From: Minisyncoccia bacterium
GTDB taxonomy: Bacteria > Patescibacteriota > Minisyncoccia > Phycocordibacterales > GWA1-40-21
NCBI GenBank assembly: GCA_049287185.1
Contig: JBAQFI010000014.1
Span: 1 to 56,956 of the forward strand
Direction: 5' to 3'
DNA: 56,956 nucleotides
Positions 16,327-25,377 of this stretch are shown in pieces. Under the pieces are notes generated by a model, which worked only from the letters and a program-made list of their open reading frames with translations, ran no database searches and was not told where the DNA came from. The stretch's first letter is position 1. Each line of letters begins with the position of its first letter. The translations under genes and the position numbers were made by a program.

Positions 16327-17232
16327 TTGAGTTGTATGAGAATTAGTGAAATACTATATATTATGGTTAAAATTAGCAAGAAACAAAAAGGTGAGATAAA
16401 ACCGTATTTGGCGAATTTGGGTCTTATATTGGCGGTATACAATAAACTACTACAAACCCATAAAAATATAATTAATGATTTCGATAAAAAATACAGATTT
16501 TTGAGCTCTAAAAAAATGAGGAAGGAGAAACCTTATATATGGACACCAGATGGAAATATTATTATAGACACTAAATTTTTAAATAAACTCGACGACAAAA
16601 GTAGAAAAGACCTACTATTTATTAAAGATGAAATGACTAAAGACTTTAAAGAGAAAATATTACCTTTAGTTAATTTACCACTACATTTTCTTCCTTATTA
16701 TTGGAACTATATATTGTACAGAGATATAGACGCGCCAAAGAAAAACTTTTCTATAAATTTTCATCCAATTGATCCTAAATATGATTTAATAAAAAAAATG
16801 GACAGAGGCACACAGTATATTACTCTTAATATATATAAACCTCTCTCTACTAATGAAAAGAAAAAAGCACTTAGTCTAGTTGAGAGTATGGGAAAAAAGG
16901 CTTTTCCAAAATATATAAAAGATAAACTTAAGTTTGTTAATGATATAACTCGTGATCTTAGATTATATAATGATGCATCTGAAAGAAAACGTTCAAAAAC
17001 AACGATAGAATATACAGACTACTTAAAATTTTTAAAAAAAGAGGTGGAAAAAGGACGTTGCTCTGAAACTTCATTTAAACATACAGTATCTTTAAATCCC
17101 CATGATATTGATATAAAAAAAGAAAAAAGTATAACAAGTAAAGAGATTGGCAAGAAATTTAATTTAAAGGAAGCAAATGTAAAAAAGATTATAGAAAGAT
17201 ATAACAAAAAAATGTCACTTTATATCAACTAG
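16327..17232 (+). CDS. hypothetical Lys-rich protein (island)
   Basis: 301 aa ORF divergent from the RT cassette. No family is recognised, and the true start may be the internal Met of MVKISKKQKGE. Confidence 0.45.
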   Translation: MSCMRISEILYIMVKISKKQKGEIKPYLANLGLILAVYNKLLQTHKNIINDFDKKYRFLSSKKMRKEKPYIWTPDGNIIIDTKFLNKLDDKSRKDLLFIKDEMTKDFKEKILPLVNLPLHFLPYYWNYILYRDIDAPKKNFSINFHPIDPKYDLIKKMDRGTQYITLNIYKPLSTNEKKKALSLVESMGKKAFPKYIKDKLKFVNDITRDLRLYNDASERKRSKTTIEYTDYLKFLKKEVEKGRCSETSFKHTVSLNPHDIDIKKEKSITSKEIGKKFNLKEANVKKIIERYNKKMSLYIN

Positions 17233-17506
17233 TACCGTGACACTTTTTTAACAAGAGGATGTCACGATGATTTAAATACTAGTTTTATATTGAGCCCAGA
17301 GTCAAAGTGATTCTGGGTGATGCTTTTTAACAAAGCCCCAACATCACCTTTGGGGCTTTATTATGGATTCAAAAGAAGAAATAAAAAAAGAAGAAGAGAT
17401 AATAAGCGATGCGGCCGAATCGCTCGCTTCAATTTTTGTTTCTTTATTTGACCAACAATTTGAGAGAAAAAACAAAGACTCCCAAATCACTAATTAATTT
17501 ACAAAT

Positions 17507-17719
17507 ATGTTAAAAAAAAATATAACTAAGAATGGGTGTTTATCAGATACTGAGTGGATGCTTTGGTTCGATATGGATGATGCTGCGAGAGAAATATTAC
17601 GGGGTAGAACGATAGATTCTAAGAGAGTTCATGAGGATTCAAATTTTACTATTTTGTATGATTGTAAAACCAGCGATTTTACCCTCACATATACTCTTAA
17701 AGGGAAACACGCTAATTAG
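17507..17719 (+). CDS. hypothetical small protein (island)
   Basis: 70 aa ORF. No family is recognised. Confidence 0.35.
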   Translation: MLKKNITKNGCLSDTEWMLWFDMDDAAREILRGRTIDSKRVHEDSNFTILYDCKTSDFTLTYTLKGKHAN

Positions 17720-17787
17720 CAGGTTAATTTAGTTTTTAGTTTTTTAAACCCTGGGGTATTAGAAACTGAAAACTAATAAAAAAGTAT

Positions 17788-18861
17788 ATGGAAATTGCAA
17801 AAATAATCGAAGGAATGACAAAAGACCTAGAAAGTAAGACTAACTCGCTTGTCTCTGTTGAACAGATATTGAAGCACGACTTTGGTCCTGAATTATGGAC
17901 TGTGGCTGAATTAATACCCCAAGAATCAATTACTGCCATTACGGGAGCACCAAAATCATTCAAAACATGGCTTGTGCTAGATATTGCCAAATGTATCGCT
18001 AAGGGCACGGATTTCTTAGGAAAATTTAAGACTAGTCAGGGTCGAGTACTTATTATCGATAGAGATAATAATTTACGCCACATTCAAAAACGGCTCAAAA
18101 TGCTCGGATTTGAAAAGGAAGAAATTCTATACCATGTAGGAGAGGGTGAGTTTCAGATTGATAAGGATAAAGACTTCCAGGAGTTATTAAAGACAGTAAG
18201 TGAACAAAAAATTAGTTTGGTGATATTAGATTCTCTCGTGCGGATTCATTCAGGAGATGAGAATGAGTCACGATACATTAACAAGCTAATGACTGCCTTT
18301 AGAAAAGTAACAACTTTGGGTGCCACAATTATTTTTCTACATCATAACCGTAAGGAAAGTCTAAATACACAAAGCACAACCAATAGCGTACGTGGTTCGT
18401 CAGATATTTTTGCCGGTCTTGATTGTCTTCTACAAGTAACCAAGCCAGAAAAGGATTCTCTGTACATCACCCAATCGAAACTAAGAACCGGAGAAGAAAT
18501 GGAACCTTTTAAGGTTCAGATAAATAAAACTGAAGAGTCTATGGAGCTTGTATATGCTGGTAAAAGTGATTTTGGAAGTAAGGACACCTATGAAGTAAAG
18601 ATTATTATTGCTGAGCTATTAGAAGACAAAAAAGAAATGACACGTGAAGAAATAATTAAAGAATTTTCTGAACAATACAAGCCAGTAATAATTAATCTTT
18701 CACTAAAAGAACTTGAATTGTCAGAGAAAATTATTAAAAAGATAGGACCTCATAATAAACATTCTTATGTATTAAACGCAAATTCTACACTAAAAAGTGA
18801 AAAGATTGAAGTTAAAGTGCATAACCCTGTTGATATGAATTTATTAAAAAAGGATAATTAA
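17788..18861 (+). CDS. RecA-superfamily ATPase (RepA / AAA_25-like) typical of integrative and plasmid replication modules
   Basis: Walker A ITGAPKSFKTW, Walker B LVILDSL, sensor region FLHHNRK. Confidence 0.7.
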   Translation: MEIAKIIEGMTKDLESKTNSLVSVEQILKHDFGPELWTVAELIPQESITAITGAPKSFKTWLVLDIAKCIAKGTDFLGKFKTSQGRVLIIDRDNNLRHIQKRLKMLGFEKEEILYHVGEGEFQIDKDKDFQELLKTVSEQKISLVILDSLVRIHSGDENESRYINKLMTAFRKVTTLGATIIFLHHNRKESLNTQSTTNSVRGSSDIFAGLDCLLQVTKPEKDSLYITQSKLRTGEEMEPFKVQINKTEESMELVYAGKSDFGSKDTYEVKIIIAELLEDKKEMTREEIIKEFSEQYKPVIINLSLKELELSEKIIKKIGPHNKHSYVLNANSTLKSEKIEVKVHNPVDMNLLKKDN

Positions 18862-18870
18862 AATTAAATT

Positions 18871-20511
18871 ATGAATCAAAATAAAGTTGCAGTTATATAT
18901 TGTAGAGTTTCCACGGACGAACAAGCCAAGGAAGGTTTGTCTATTGAATCGCAGGAACTTACTTGTCGAAGAAAAGCTGAAGAGGAGGGATATTCCGTTA
19001 TTGAAGTAATAAAAGATGAAGGTAAGAGTGGAAAAAATATTAATCGAGAGGGAATGAAAAATATTTTAAGGTTAGTGAATGAGAAAAAAATAAATGCTAT
19101 CTATTTGGTAAATACCGACAGGCTTTCCAGAAATGTAGCCGACCATATATATCTTACTGACCTCTTTAGAAAGAATAAAGTGTTGTTAAGATCAATAAAT
19201 CAACCAACATTAGATAGTTCAGCCACTTCCATAACTATGGATTTAATGATGGCAACAATGAACCAGTTTCAAAGATTGAATACAGCAGAAAAAGTTAAAT
19301 CGACAATGCATGAAAAAGCTAAAGCTGGTTATTACCCCAGTAAGGCTCCTGTCGGCTACAAGAATGTCCAAGACTTAAATAAGTCGGAAAGATTTGCTAG
19401 AAAAACAATTATTATTGATGAAAAAGCAGCGGTCTTTGTTAGGGAAATTTTTAGACTGTATGCCACTGGCGAACACAATGCGGTTGAAGTCAGCGATATT
19501 GTCTACGATAAAGGATTTAGGAGTAGAGGTGGAAAGAAAGTATCGGACTCCAAAATCTATATGATGTTAAAAAATCGATTCTATATTGGAGAGATAAACT
19601 GGGGAGAAATACATATTCCTAAAGCTAAGCATGAGCCCTTAATTGAAAGAGTGGTATTTGATCAAGTTCAAAGTGTTTTGAATTCCCACAATAAGCATTC
19701 TTGTCGGCGGCGAAAGTACAAATGGTTGCTTAGTGGATTCCTTAGGTGCCATAAACATAATTCTAGATATACGGCTGAATGGCATTTAAACAAAAAGATT
19801 GCTTACTATCACTGTACGGTTAATGGTTGCGGTAAATTCTCCGAACAGGTAAAACTTGAAAATGCTATCGCTGAAAAGTTTAAGGACCTTGAGTTCAGCC
19901 CAGATTTTATTGAATTAGTTATTAGTAAGGCAAAAAACATCTTCTATGAACGAAGAGAGGTGTATGAAAGCAAGAGACAGGGTTTGATTAATCAAAAAAG
20001 TGCCTTCGAAGCCAAATTAAAGGTAGCGGAAACCAAATTACTATCAGGCACCTTAAAAGACGAGGACTTCAAAAGGATCCGAGAGGAAATTAAAAAAGAA
20101 ATTGACCTAATTGATAATAGGATAGTTGAAGTTCAGAAGGGTAAGGAGATAAATGTTGATATGACAAGGGAAATAATTGGGCTAACTAAGAATATTTTTG
20201 AAACATATCAAAAGGCTTTACCTGAGCTAAAAAGGTTATTTCTGGGTTTCTTTTGGGAAAGGTTTGAAGTATCTGAAGGTATTATAATAAATTCCATTCC
20301 CTCTATATTATTTAGCCAATTAATCAAACTTGAGAAGGCATATCAAAAAAGCCAAAATACTAATAAACCCAGTGATTTTGCTAATGTTATAAGTTCTACT
20401 GACTTGTCCCCCCACTTGGAATCGAACCAAGATTTTGAGTTCCGCAAACTCATGTCCTATCCATTGAACGATGAGGAGATGAACGGGAAGACTATAGCAC
20501 ACTTTTTTTAA
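18871..20511 (+). CDS. large serine recombinase (integrase)
   Basis: Resolvase catalytic motif VIYCRVSTDEQ, recombinase domain, Cys-rich zinc ribbon (CHKHN...YYHCTVNGC), coiled-coil region. The last roughly 35 codons run antisense through the tRNA at 20407-20478. Confidence 0.9.
   Translation: MNQNKVAVIYCRVSTDEQAKEGLSIESQELTCRRKAEEEGYSVIEVIKDEGKSGKNINREGMKNILRLVNEKKINAIYLVNTDRLSRNVADHIYLTDLFRKNKVLLRSINQPTLDSSATSITMDLMMATMNQFQRLNTAEKVKSTMHEKAKAGYYPSKAPVGYKNVQDLNKSERFARKTIIIDEKAAVFVREIFRLYATGEHNAVEVSDIVYDKGFRSRGGKKVSDSKIYMMLKNRFYIGEINWGEIHIPKAKHEPLIERVVFDQVQSVLNSHNKHSCRRRKYKWLLSGFLRCHKHNSRYTAEWHLNKKIAYYHCTVNGCGKFSEQVKLENAIAEKFKDLEFSPDFIELVISKAKNIFYERREVYESKRQGLINQKSAFEAKLKVAETKLLSGTLKDEDFKRIREEIKKEIDLIDNRIVEVQKGKEINVDMTREIIGLTKNIFETYQKALPELKRLFLGFFWERFEVSEGIIINSIPSILFSQLIKLEKAYQKSQNTNKPSDFANVISSTDLSPHLESNQDFEFRKLMSYPLNDEEMNGKTIAHFF
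20407..20478 (-). tRNA. tRNA-Arg (anticodon GCG), atypical C1-G72 acceptor
   Basis: Manual cloverleaf: CTCCTCA acceptor paired with TGGGGGG (two G-U pairs), D arm GTTC/GGAC, anticodon stem TGAGT/ACTCA with loop TTGCGGA, T arm CTTGGTTCGATTCCAAG, discriminator A. No CCA is encoded. Confidence 0.65.
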
Positions 20512-20978
20512 AAACCCAATATCTCGGCCAGTTTTACCCAGACAGATTCCTCCATTTTATCCTCTTTTAATTTCTTAAGTAATGAAAGGTGAATTAACTC
20601 TGGATCTTGTCCGTCAGCTGGCACAATAATCAAGGGTGATAACAACTTTTGGGATCTAATCAAAATTTTGTGTTTCTGGTTTTCAGTATGATCAATTTCT
20701 ACAAAAAAAGCTTCTAAATTGTCGTATGGTAAAAGATGTTCTCCTAAAATGATACCGCGGTTAGTAATTTCACAATTAATCATTCGAGGTTTAACATTTC
20801 CTCTAAAAATTAAAATTAAACCAGCTAGAAAAATAAAAACAGCAAAAAGATAATTATCAATAAGTATCGCAAAGATAACAATAAAGAGGGTAATGAGCCC
20901 GACTGCCCAAAACCAATCCACACTTCTTATTTTATGTTCATGTTCTAATGCTTGCCATTTCAAATGTGAAACATTCAT
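20508..20978 (-). CDS. conserved hypothetical membrane protein
   Basis: 156 aa with two TM helices near the N-terminus followed by a soluble domain. Confidence 0.5.
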   Translation of the reverse strand: MNVSHLKWQALEHEHKIRSVDWFWAVGLITLFIVIFAILIDNYLFAVFIFLAGLILIFRGNVKPRMINCEITNRGIILGEHLLPYDNLEAFFVEIDHTENQKHKILIRSQKLLSPLIIVPADGQDPELIHLSLLKKLKEDKMEESVWVKLAEILGF

Positions 20979-21052
20979 GCCTAAAATTATAGCATACTTT
21001 TTTTACTTGAAAAAATATCAAAATTATGCGACTATTGAAAGCGCTAGAATAT

Positions 21053-21140
21053 GGAGAGGTGGCAGAGTGGTCTAATGCACCGGTCTTGAAAACCGGAACC
21101 TGGGCAACCGGGTCGCGAGTTCGAATCTCGCCTTCTCCGC
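21053..21140 (+). tRNA. tRNA-Ser (anticodon UGA)
   Basis: GGAGAGG acceptor, anticodon stem-loop CCGGT CTTGAAA ACCGG, long variable arm, T arm GCGAGTTCGAATCTCGC. No CCA is encoded. Confidence 0.9.
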
Positions 21141-21324
21141 AACGATAAAATAACGCGAAAGCGTTATTTTTGTTGTGGAGAAGGAGTAATGTGTTTGAAC
21201 ACATTACGTCGAGATTCGAAAGGAATTTTGATATTTTGTTAGTAAACAAAATCAAAATTCCGGGGTCGAGGAAAAAATATGTGACGACATATTTTTGAGG
21301 TGACCGAACAGCCTTCTCCGCAAC
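21141..21324 (+). repeat. tRNA-3'-end-linked structured element (Ser copy, type A-like)
   Basis: The order is terminator hairpin, TGTGGAGAAGG (complement of the acceptor 3' strand), hairpin AGTAATGTGT/ACACATTACGT, then CGAGATTCGAA (21210-21220), the exact complement of T-loop plus stem. The body carries CGGGGTCGAG and GTGACC. A 14 nt perfect direct repeat GCCTTCTCCGCAAC lies at 21130-21143 and 21311-21324. Confidence 0.85.
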
Positions 21325-21325
21325 A

Positions 21326-21357
21326 ATACCCAACAACTGTAAGTTGCTGGGTATTTT
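21326..21357 (+). terminator. terminator hairpin after the Ser element
   Basis: ACCCAACA/TGCTGGGT stem followed by ATTTT. Confidence 0.45.
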
Positions 21358-21381
21358 ACATTTAGAAAGATATTACAAAAT

Positions 21382-21672
21382 TTATTTCAGGAAAAAAGCA
21401 ATTAAAATGATAATTATTTCAATTAGTGCAGACCAAAATGAAATCATATTTGATTTCCTTGCTTTTGCTGGTAATCTATTCTTCCATCCATAATACAGAA
21501 TTGCTCCACCTAATATTGGATTAAAAAGACAGATTATCCACACATATATTTTTTCGACTTTAGTAAGGGGTTCTTGAGATACTTGACCACTAGGAACTTT
21601 TGATAATTTGTAATACATTAAAATAAAACAAATAATTGTAGAAACCGTCATTATTTCTCCTGGTCCAATCAT
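21382..21672 (-). CDS. small membrane protein
   Basis: 96 aa with three hydrophobic helices. Confidence 0.45.
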   Translation of the reverse strand: MIGPGEIMTVSTIICFILMYYKLSKVPSGQVSQEPLTKVEKIYVWIICLFNPILGGAILYYGWKNRLPAKARKSNMISFWSALIEIIIILIAFFLK

Positions 21673-21743
21673 TTGGAAATTATATCAATATTATATTTAT
21701 AAGTTAAGATTACTCCAACTTCATCCCATGTCATTCGCACAAT

Positions 21744-21771
21744 AAAAAAACCGCCTGAGGGCGGTTTTTTT
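21744..21771. terminator. intrinsic terminator (same hairpin as 11413-11440)
   Basis: AAAAAAACCGCCTGAGGGCGGTTTTTTT. Confidence 0.75.
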
Positions 21772-21779
21772 ATTGTTTA

Positions 21780-22058
21780 TTATTTCTTCTCTTCCGTCTC
21801 ACTCACACAAACACACTTGGTATCACAAACACAAACTTCATCATCACCCTTATCTAATAAGTAGTAATAAATTAGTTCTAAAATACCGAAAGTATTAATA
21901 ACGAGAAGAATAACAAACCAAATTCTACTTTCATTGTGAGAAGATTTCCAAAGAGCGAGTCCTTTCCAAGTTAATGACCAGATTGTTAAAGCAATGATAA
22001 TAACTATCATCAAAGGACTCATTTCTCCAGGTCTAAACATATAATCAGCTAGTGGCAT
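21780..22058 (-). CDS. DUF5652-like small membrane protein with a Cys-rich tail
   Basis: Two TM helices (LMIVIIIALTIWSL, WFVILLVINTFGILELIYYYLL). The C-terminus reads CVCDTKCVCV. Confidence 0.55.
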   Translation of the reverse strand: MPLADYMFRPGEMSPLMIVIIIALTIWSLTWKGLALWKSSHNESRIWFVILLVINTFGILELIYYYLLDKGDDEVCVCDTKCVCVSETEEKK

Positions 22059-22190
22059 ATTTTTTTACCCGTTAAAGTTTTGACTAGTTAAAAATCAGAG
22101 ATTTTTCAGTCAAAATTTTTGCGGGTGAATTAATTAATAATTGACTACATTAATTATAACACTTTTATAATTCTGTGATAATATGTTTGT

Positions 22191-22580
22191 ATGCGATATA
22201 TGGGAATAGATTATGGTAAGAAAAGGGTAGGGATTGCAATTTCTGATGAGGACGGAAAAATGGCCTTTCCTAAGGATGTTTTGACAAATGATGCCAAATT
22301 ATTGGCAAGAATAAAGAAATATTGTGATGAACAAAAAATCGGGATGATTGTCTTGGGCGAGTCAAATAATTTTCAAGGTCAGCCAAATAAAATAATGAAA
22401 GACGTTGAACCCTTTAAAATAGATTTATGGGAAGAAACTGGGCTACCTATAGAATATGAGTTGGAATATCTAACCAGTCATCAAGTAGAAAATATTTTTG
22501 GTAAAACTAAAATGTTAGATGCTTCAGCGGCTTCAATCATCTTGCAGTCTTATTTAGATAAAATTAACTTAAAAAAATAA
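22191..22580 (+). CDS. ruvX: Holliday junction resolvase-like protein RuvX/YqgF
   Basis: N-terminal MGIDYGKKRVGIAISD motif, size 129 aa. Confidence 0.85.
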   Translation: MRYMGIDYGKKRVGIAISDEDGKMAFPKDVLTNDAKLLARIKKYCDEQKIGMIVLGESNNFQGQPNKIMKDVEPFKIDLWEETGLPIEYELEYLTSHQVENIFGKTKMLDASAASIILQSYLDKINLKK

Positions 22581-22581
22581 T

Positions 22582-23010
22582 ATGATTAACTACGACGAAT
22601 TTAAAAAAGTAGAAATAACCATCGGTAAAATTATTAGTGCAGAAAAGATGCCTAATGCTGACAAACTTTTAATATTAAAAGTTGATTTTGGTAACAAGGC
22701 ATTACCAGTTGTCGAGGAACCAAAGGTAAAAGAAGGTGAATCAGAAGAAAAGCCAATTGAAAATGCTATTCCTGTTGTCACCACACCTGAGCGAGACATT
22801 CGTCAGATTGTTTCCGGTATTTCCGCTTTTTTCCCAGAACCAGAAAAATTAATTGGAACTCAGTGTGCTTTTGTCACAAATTTGGAACCAAGAATGATTA
22901 GAGGATATCAAAGCAATGGAATGATTTTGGCCGTTGGGGGAGAAAATGGTGAACCTTTTTCACTATTTAGAATGGGAGAAGAGATAGCTCCTGGCGCTCA
23001 GGCTAGATAA
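22582..23010 (+). CDS. tRNA-binding domain protein (CsaA/Trbp111-like OB fold)
   Basis: KVEITIGKIISAEKMPNADKLLILKVDFG and NGMILA motifs. Carries an acidic insertion. Confidence 0.7.
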   Translation: MINYDEFKKVEITIGKIISAEKMPNADKLLILKVDFGNKALPVVEEPKVKEGESEEKPIENAIPVVTTPERDIRQIVSGISAFFPEPEKLIGTQCAFVTNLEPRMIRGYQSNGMILAVGGENGEPFSLFRMGEEIAPGAQAR

Positions 23011-23018
23011 TTCTTCTT

Positions 23019-23102
23019 CTGTCATTCCCGCGAAGGCGGGAACCCAGAATTAATTTAAAAAAGTAAAAAAGACTGGATTCCCGCCTTCGCGGGAATGACA
23101 GA
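23019..23102. repeat. palindromic intergenic repeat, family B
   Basis: CTGTCATTCCCGCGAAGGCGGGAACCCAG ... CTGGATTCCCGCCTTCGCGGGAATGACAG, nearly perfect arms. Confidence 0.85.
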
Positions 23103-23122
23103 CATAAAATATTGATATTAAA

Positions 23123-23737
23123 ATGCTTGATTTAATTAAACACATTCTCGATCCCATGTTACTAATCCAAACTTTAGGATTTTTAGGAATTATCGCCATC
23201 GTTTTTGCTGAAACGGGATTATTTTTTGGTTTCTTCTTGCCAGGTGATTCTTTATTATTTGTGGCTGGAGTTCTAGCTTCACAGGATATTCTCTCTCTAA
23301 ACTATTTGTTGGTTTTTGTTTTTTGTGCCGCCGTCTTAGGGGATACAGTAGGGTATTCCTTCGGTTTTCGAGTTGGTAGAAGATTTTTTCAACATGATGA
23401 ATCAATCTTTTTTAAGAAAAAATACTTAACCCAGACTGAACAATTCTTTGTAAAATACGGCCCGAAAGCTGTGGTTTTGGCTCGTTTTGTGCCGATTGTT
23501 AGAACTTTTATGCCTATTTTAGCGGGTATCGGTAAAATGAGTTATAAGACTTTTCTCTCCTATAATATTTTCGGTGGCTTTTTATGGTCTTTTGGTCTCA
23601 TTCTTTTGGGTTTTTTCTTCGGTCAACTAATCCCCAACGCCGAAAAATATATCCTATTAATCGTTATCATTATTATCATAGTATCTTTTATCCCAGCCGT
23701 TCTTGAGCTTTGGAAAAATCGTCGAAAGGAGTTATAA
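23123..23737 (+). CDS. DedA-family membrane protein
   Basis: PGDSLLFVAG motif, multiple TM helices, size 204 aa. Confidence 0.8.
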   Translation: MLDLIKHILDPMLLIQTLGFLGIIAIVFAETGLFFGFFLPGDSLLFVAGVLASQDILSLNYLLVFVFCAAVLGDTVGYSFGFRVGRRFFQHDESIFFKKKYLTQTEQFFVKYGPKAVVLARFVPIVRTFMPILAGIGKMSYKTFLSYNIFGGFLWSFGLILLGFFFGQLIPNAEKYILLIVIIIIIVSFIPAVLELWKNRRKEL

Positions 23738-23757
23738 TATAGTGGAACATTATTTCC

Positions 23758-24831
23758 ATGAATTCTTTTTCTAGTTTTTTAACTCCGCCTACTTTTCTAA
23801 CTATGACGCCACTTGGTGTCAGTATTTCCGATACGTCAATTCATTATGTTGGTCTAAAGAGTAATGATTCAAAGAATACTCTCAGTATTTTTGGAAAAAG
23901 AGATTTAGCTGATGGAATTATTATTAACGGTGAAATAAAAAAACCAGTAAATCTCATTGCTATTTTAAAAGAAATACAGACCGAGACTAAAGCTCAATTT
24001 GTCAAAGTTTCCTTGCCAGAAGAAGAAACCTACGTTTTTCAGATGCAAATTCCTGGTAATATAAAAACTCAGGAGGAAGTTCGTCAAAGCATTGAATTTA
24101 GACTAGAAGAGAATGTTCCGCTACCGGTTAAGGATTTGGTTTTTGATTACGAAATAATTAAATTCTCCCAAGATGAAACAATTTTGGAAGTCAGTGTTTC
24201 TGCTGTAGCCTCACATATTATTGAGAGTTATAGCGAAGCTTTTAAAACAGCCGGTTTTTTACCCGTGGGTTTTGGAGTGGAGTCAAAATTAGTAGCCAGA
24301 GCCGTTGTACCAAATGATGACAAAGATACTTATATTTTAGTTAATATAAAAGAGCATGCCACAACAATTTCTATTGTTGATGATGGGATTGTCCAATTTA
24401 CCTCCACCGCGGCAATTGGAGGAAAAGCTATCGATGAGTCAGTTTCACGTCATATTAACGCAACAATCAAAGAGGCTAAAAAAATAAAAGAAGATCATTT
24501 ATATCAAGAAGGCTTTGATAGTATGAAGGTTTTTCCATCATTAATAAATTTTGTTTCAGCAATCAAGGATGAAGTTGAGCGTTTTTATTCTTTCTGGAGT
24601 AAAAATAAAAGCATTCCACTATCCGAGTCAAAAATTAAAAGAATAATCTTGTGTGGACACAATTCTTCCATCGCGGGCTTTGAAAGATATTTTTATTTGT
24701 CGCTTAAAAAAGATGTTAAATTAGCTAATGTTTGGATAAATGCTTTTTCCTTAGATGAATATACACCTAAAGTTGATTTTACTGAGTCACTAGACTATGC
24801 CGCAGCCGTTGGTGCTGTTCTAATTAAATAA
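23758..24831 (+). CDS. pilM: type IV pilus assembly protein PilM-like (actin-fold ATPase)
   Basis: Size and position at the head of a PilN/PilO-like trio. The actin-like fold pattern is weak at the motif level. Confidence 0.6.
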   Translation: MNSFSSFLTPPTFLTMTPLGVSISDTSIHYVGLKSNDSKNTLSIFGKRDLADGIIINGEIKKPVNLIAILKEIQTETKAQFVKVSLPEEETYVFQMQIPGNIKTQEEVRQSIEFRLEENVPLPVKDLVFDYEIIKFSQDETILEVSVSAVASHIIESYSEAFKTAGFLPVGFGVESKLVARAVVPNDDKDTYILVNIKEHATTISIVDDGIVQFTSTAAIGGKAIDESVSRHINATIKEAKKIKEDHLYQEGFDSMKVFPSLINFVSAIKDEVERFYSFWSKNKSIPLSESKIKRIILCGHNSSIAGFERYFYLSLKKDVKLANVWINAFSLDEYTPKVDFTESLDYAAAVGAVLIK

Positions 24832-24834
24832 ACT

Positions 24835-25377
24835 ATGTTTTCTTTATTAACAAAAAAATATGAACAAGAAGTTAAAAGAGAATATTCCCTAAGATTGATT
24901 TTTATTATTGTCATTCTTTTGCTAGGTACTTCAATCACTCTCTTCTTGTCTTTAATACCTTTTTATTATTTTTCATCTTTGCGGGCGGATGCTTTAACTG
25001 AGCAGTTAAATGTCTTAAAGAAAAATAATAGCTTACGTAATGAAACACAAATGCTTGAAGTAGTGAAAAATTTTAAGGACACAACTGAGATTTTGGCGCC
25101 AGAGTTAGCAGATCTACCGATTAGAAACAAATTACTCGAAATAATCGACTTAAAAGGAACTGGTATTTCTCTAAATAATTTGTCTTGGGCAAAAGATCCA
25201 GTTCCAGCTGGTAAATTCTTTCTTCGAGGCATTGCTCTTAATAGGGAAAGCCTCCAAAAATATATTCAAACCCTACAAATGGAAAAAACTTTTACCAATG
25301 TAGAATTTTCGCGAATTTCATATTACACCAAGGATACCAATATAGATTTCTCTGTTAGTTTAAATTATAAACCATAA
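24835..25377 (+). CDS. pilN: PilN-like bitopic pilus assembly protein
   Basis: Single N-terminal TM helix followed by a coiled coil. Lies immediately after pilM with a 3 nt gap. Confidence 0.5.
   Translation: MFSLLTKKYEQEVKREYSLRLIFIIVILLLGTSITLFLSLIPFYYFSSLRADALTEQLNVLKKNNSLRNETQMLEVVKNFKDTTEILAPELADLPIRNKLLEIIDLKGTGISLNNLSWAKDPVPAGKFFLRGIALNRESLQKYIQTLQMEKTFTNVEFSRISYYTKDTNIDFSVSLNYKP

Larger units (their letters stand above)
12041..20406. mobile_element. integrative island of about 8.4 kb inserted at the 3' end of tRNA-Arg(GCG)
   Basis: A large serine recombinase lies at one edge, abutting and overlapping the tRNA. The island also has a RepA/RecA-like ATPase, reverse transcriptase cargo and hypothetical genes. 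A remnant of the tRNA 3' end lies at the far edge (12031-12040). The island separates the tRNA from its matched companion element (11830-11985). Confidence 0.7.
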
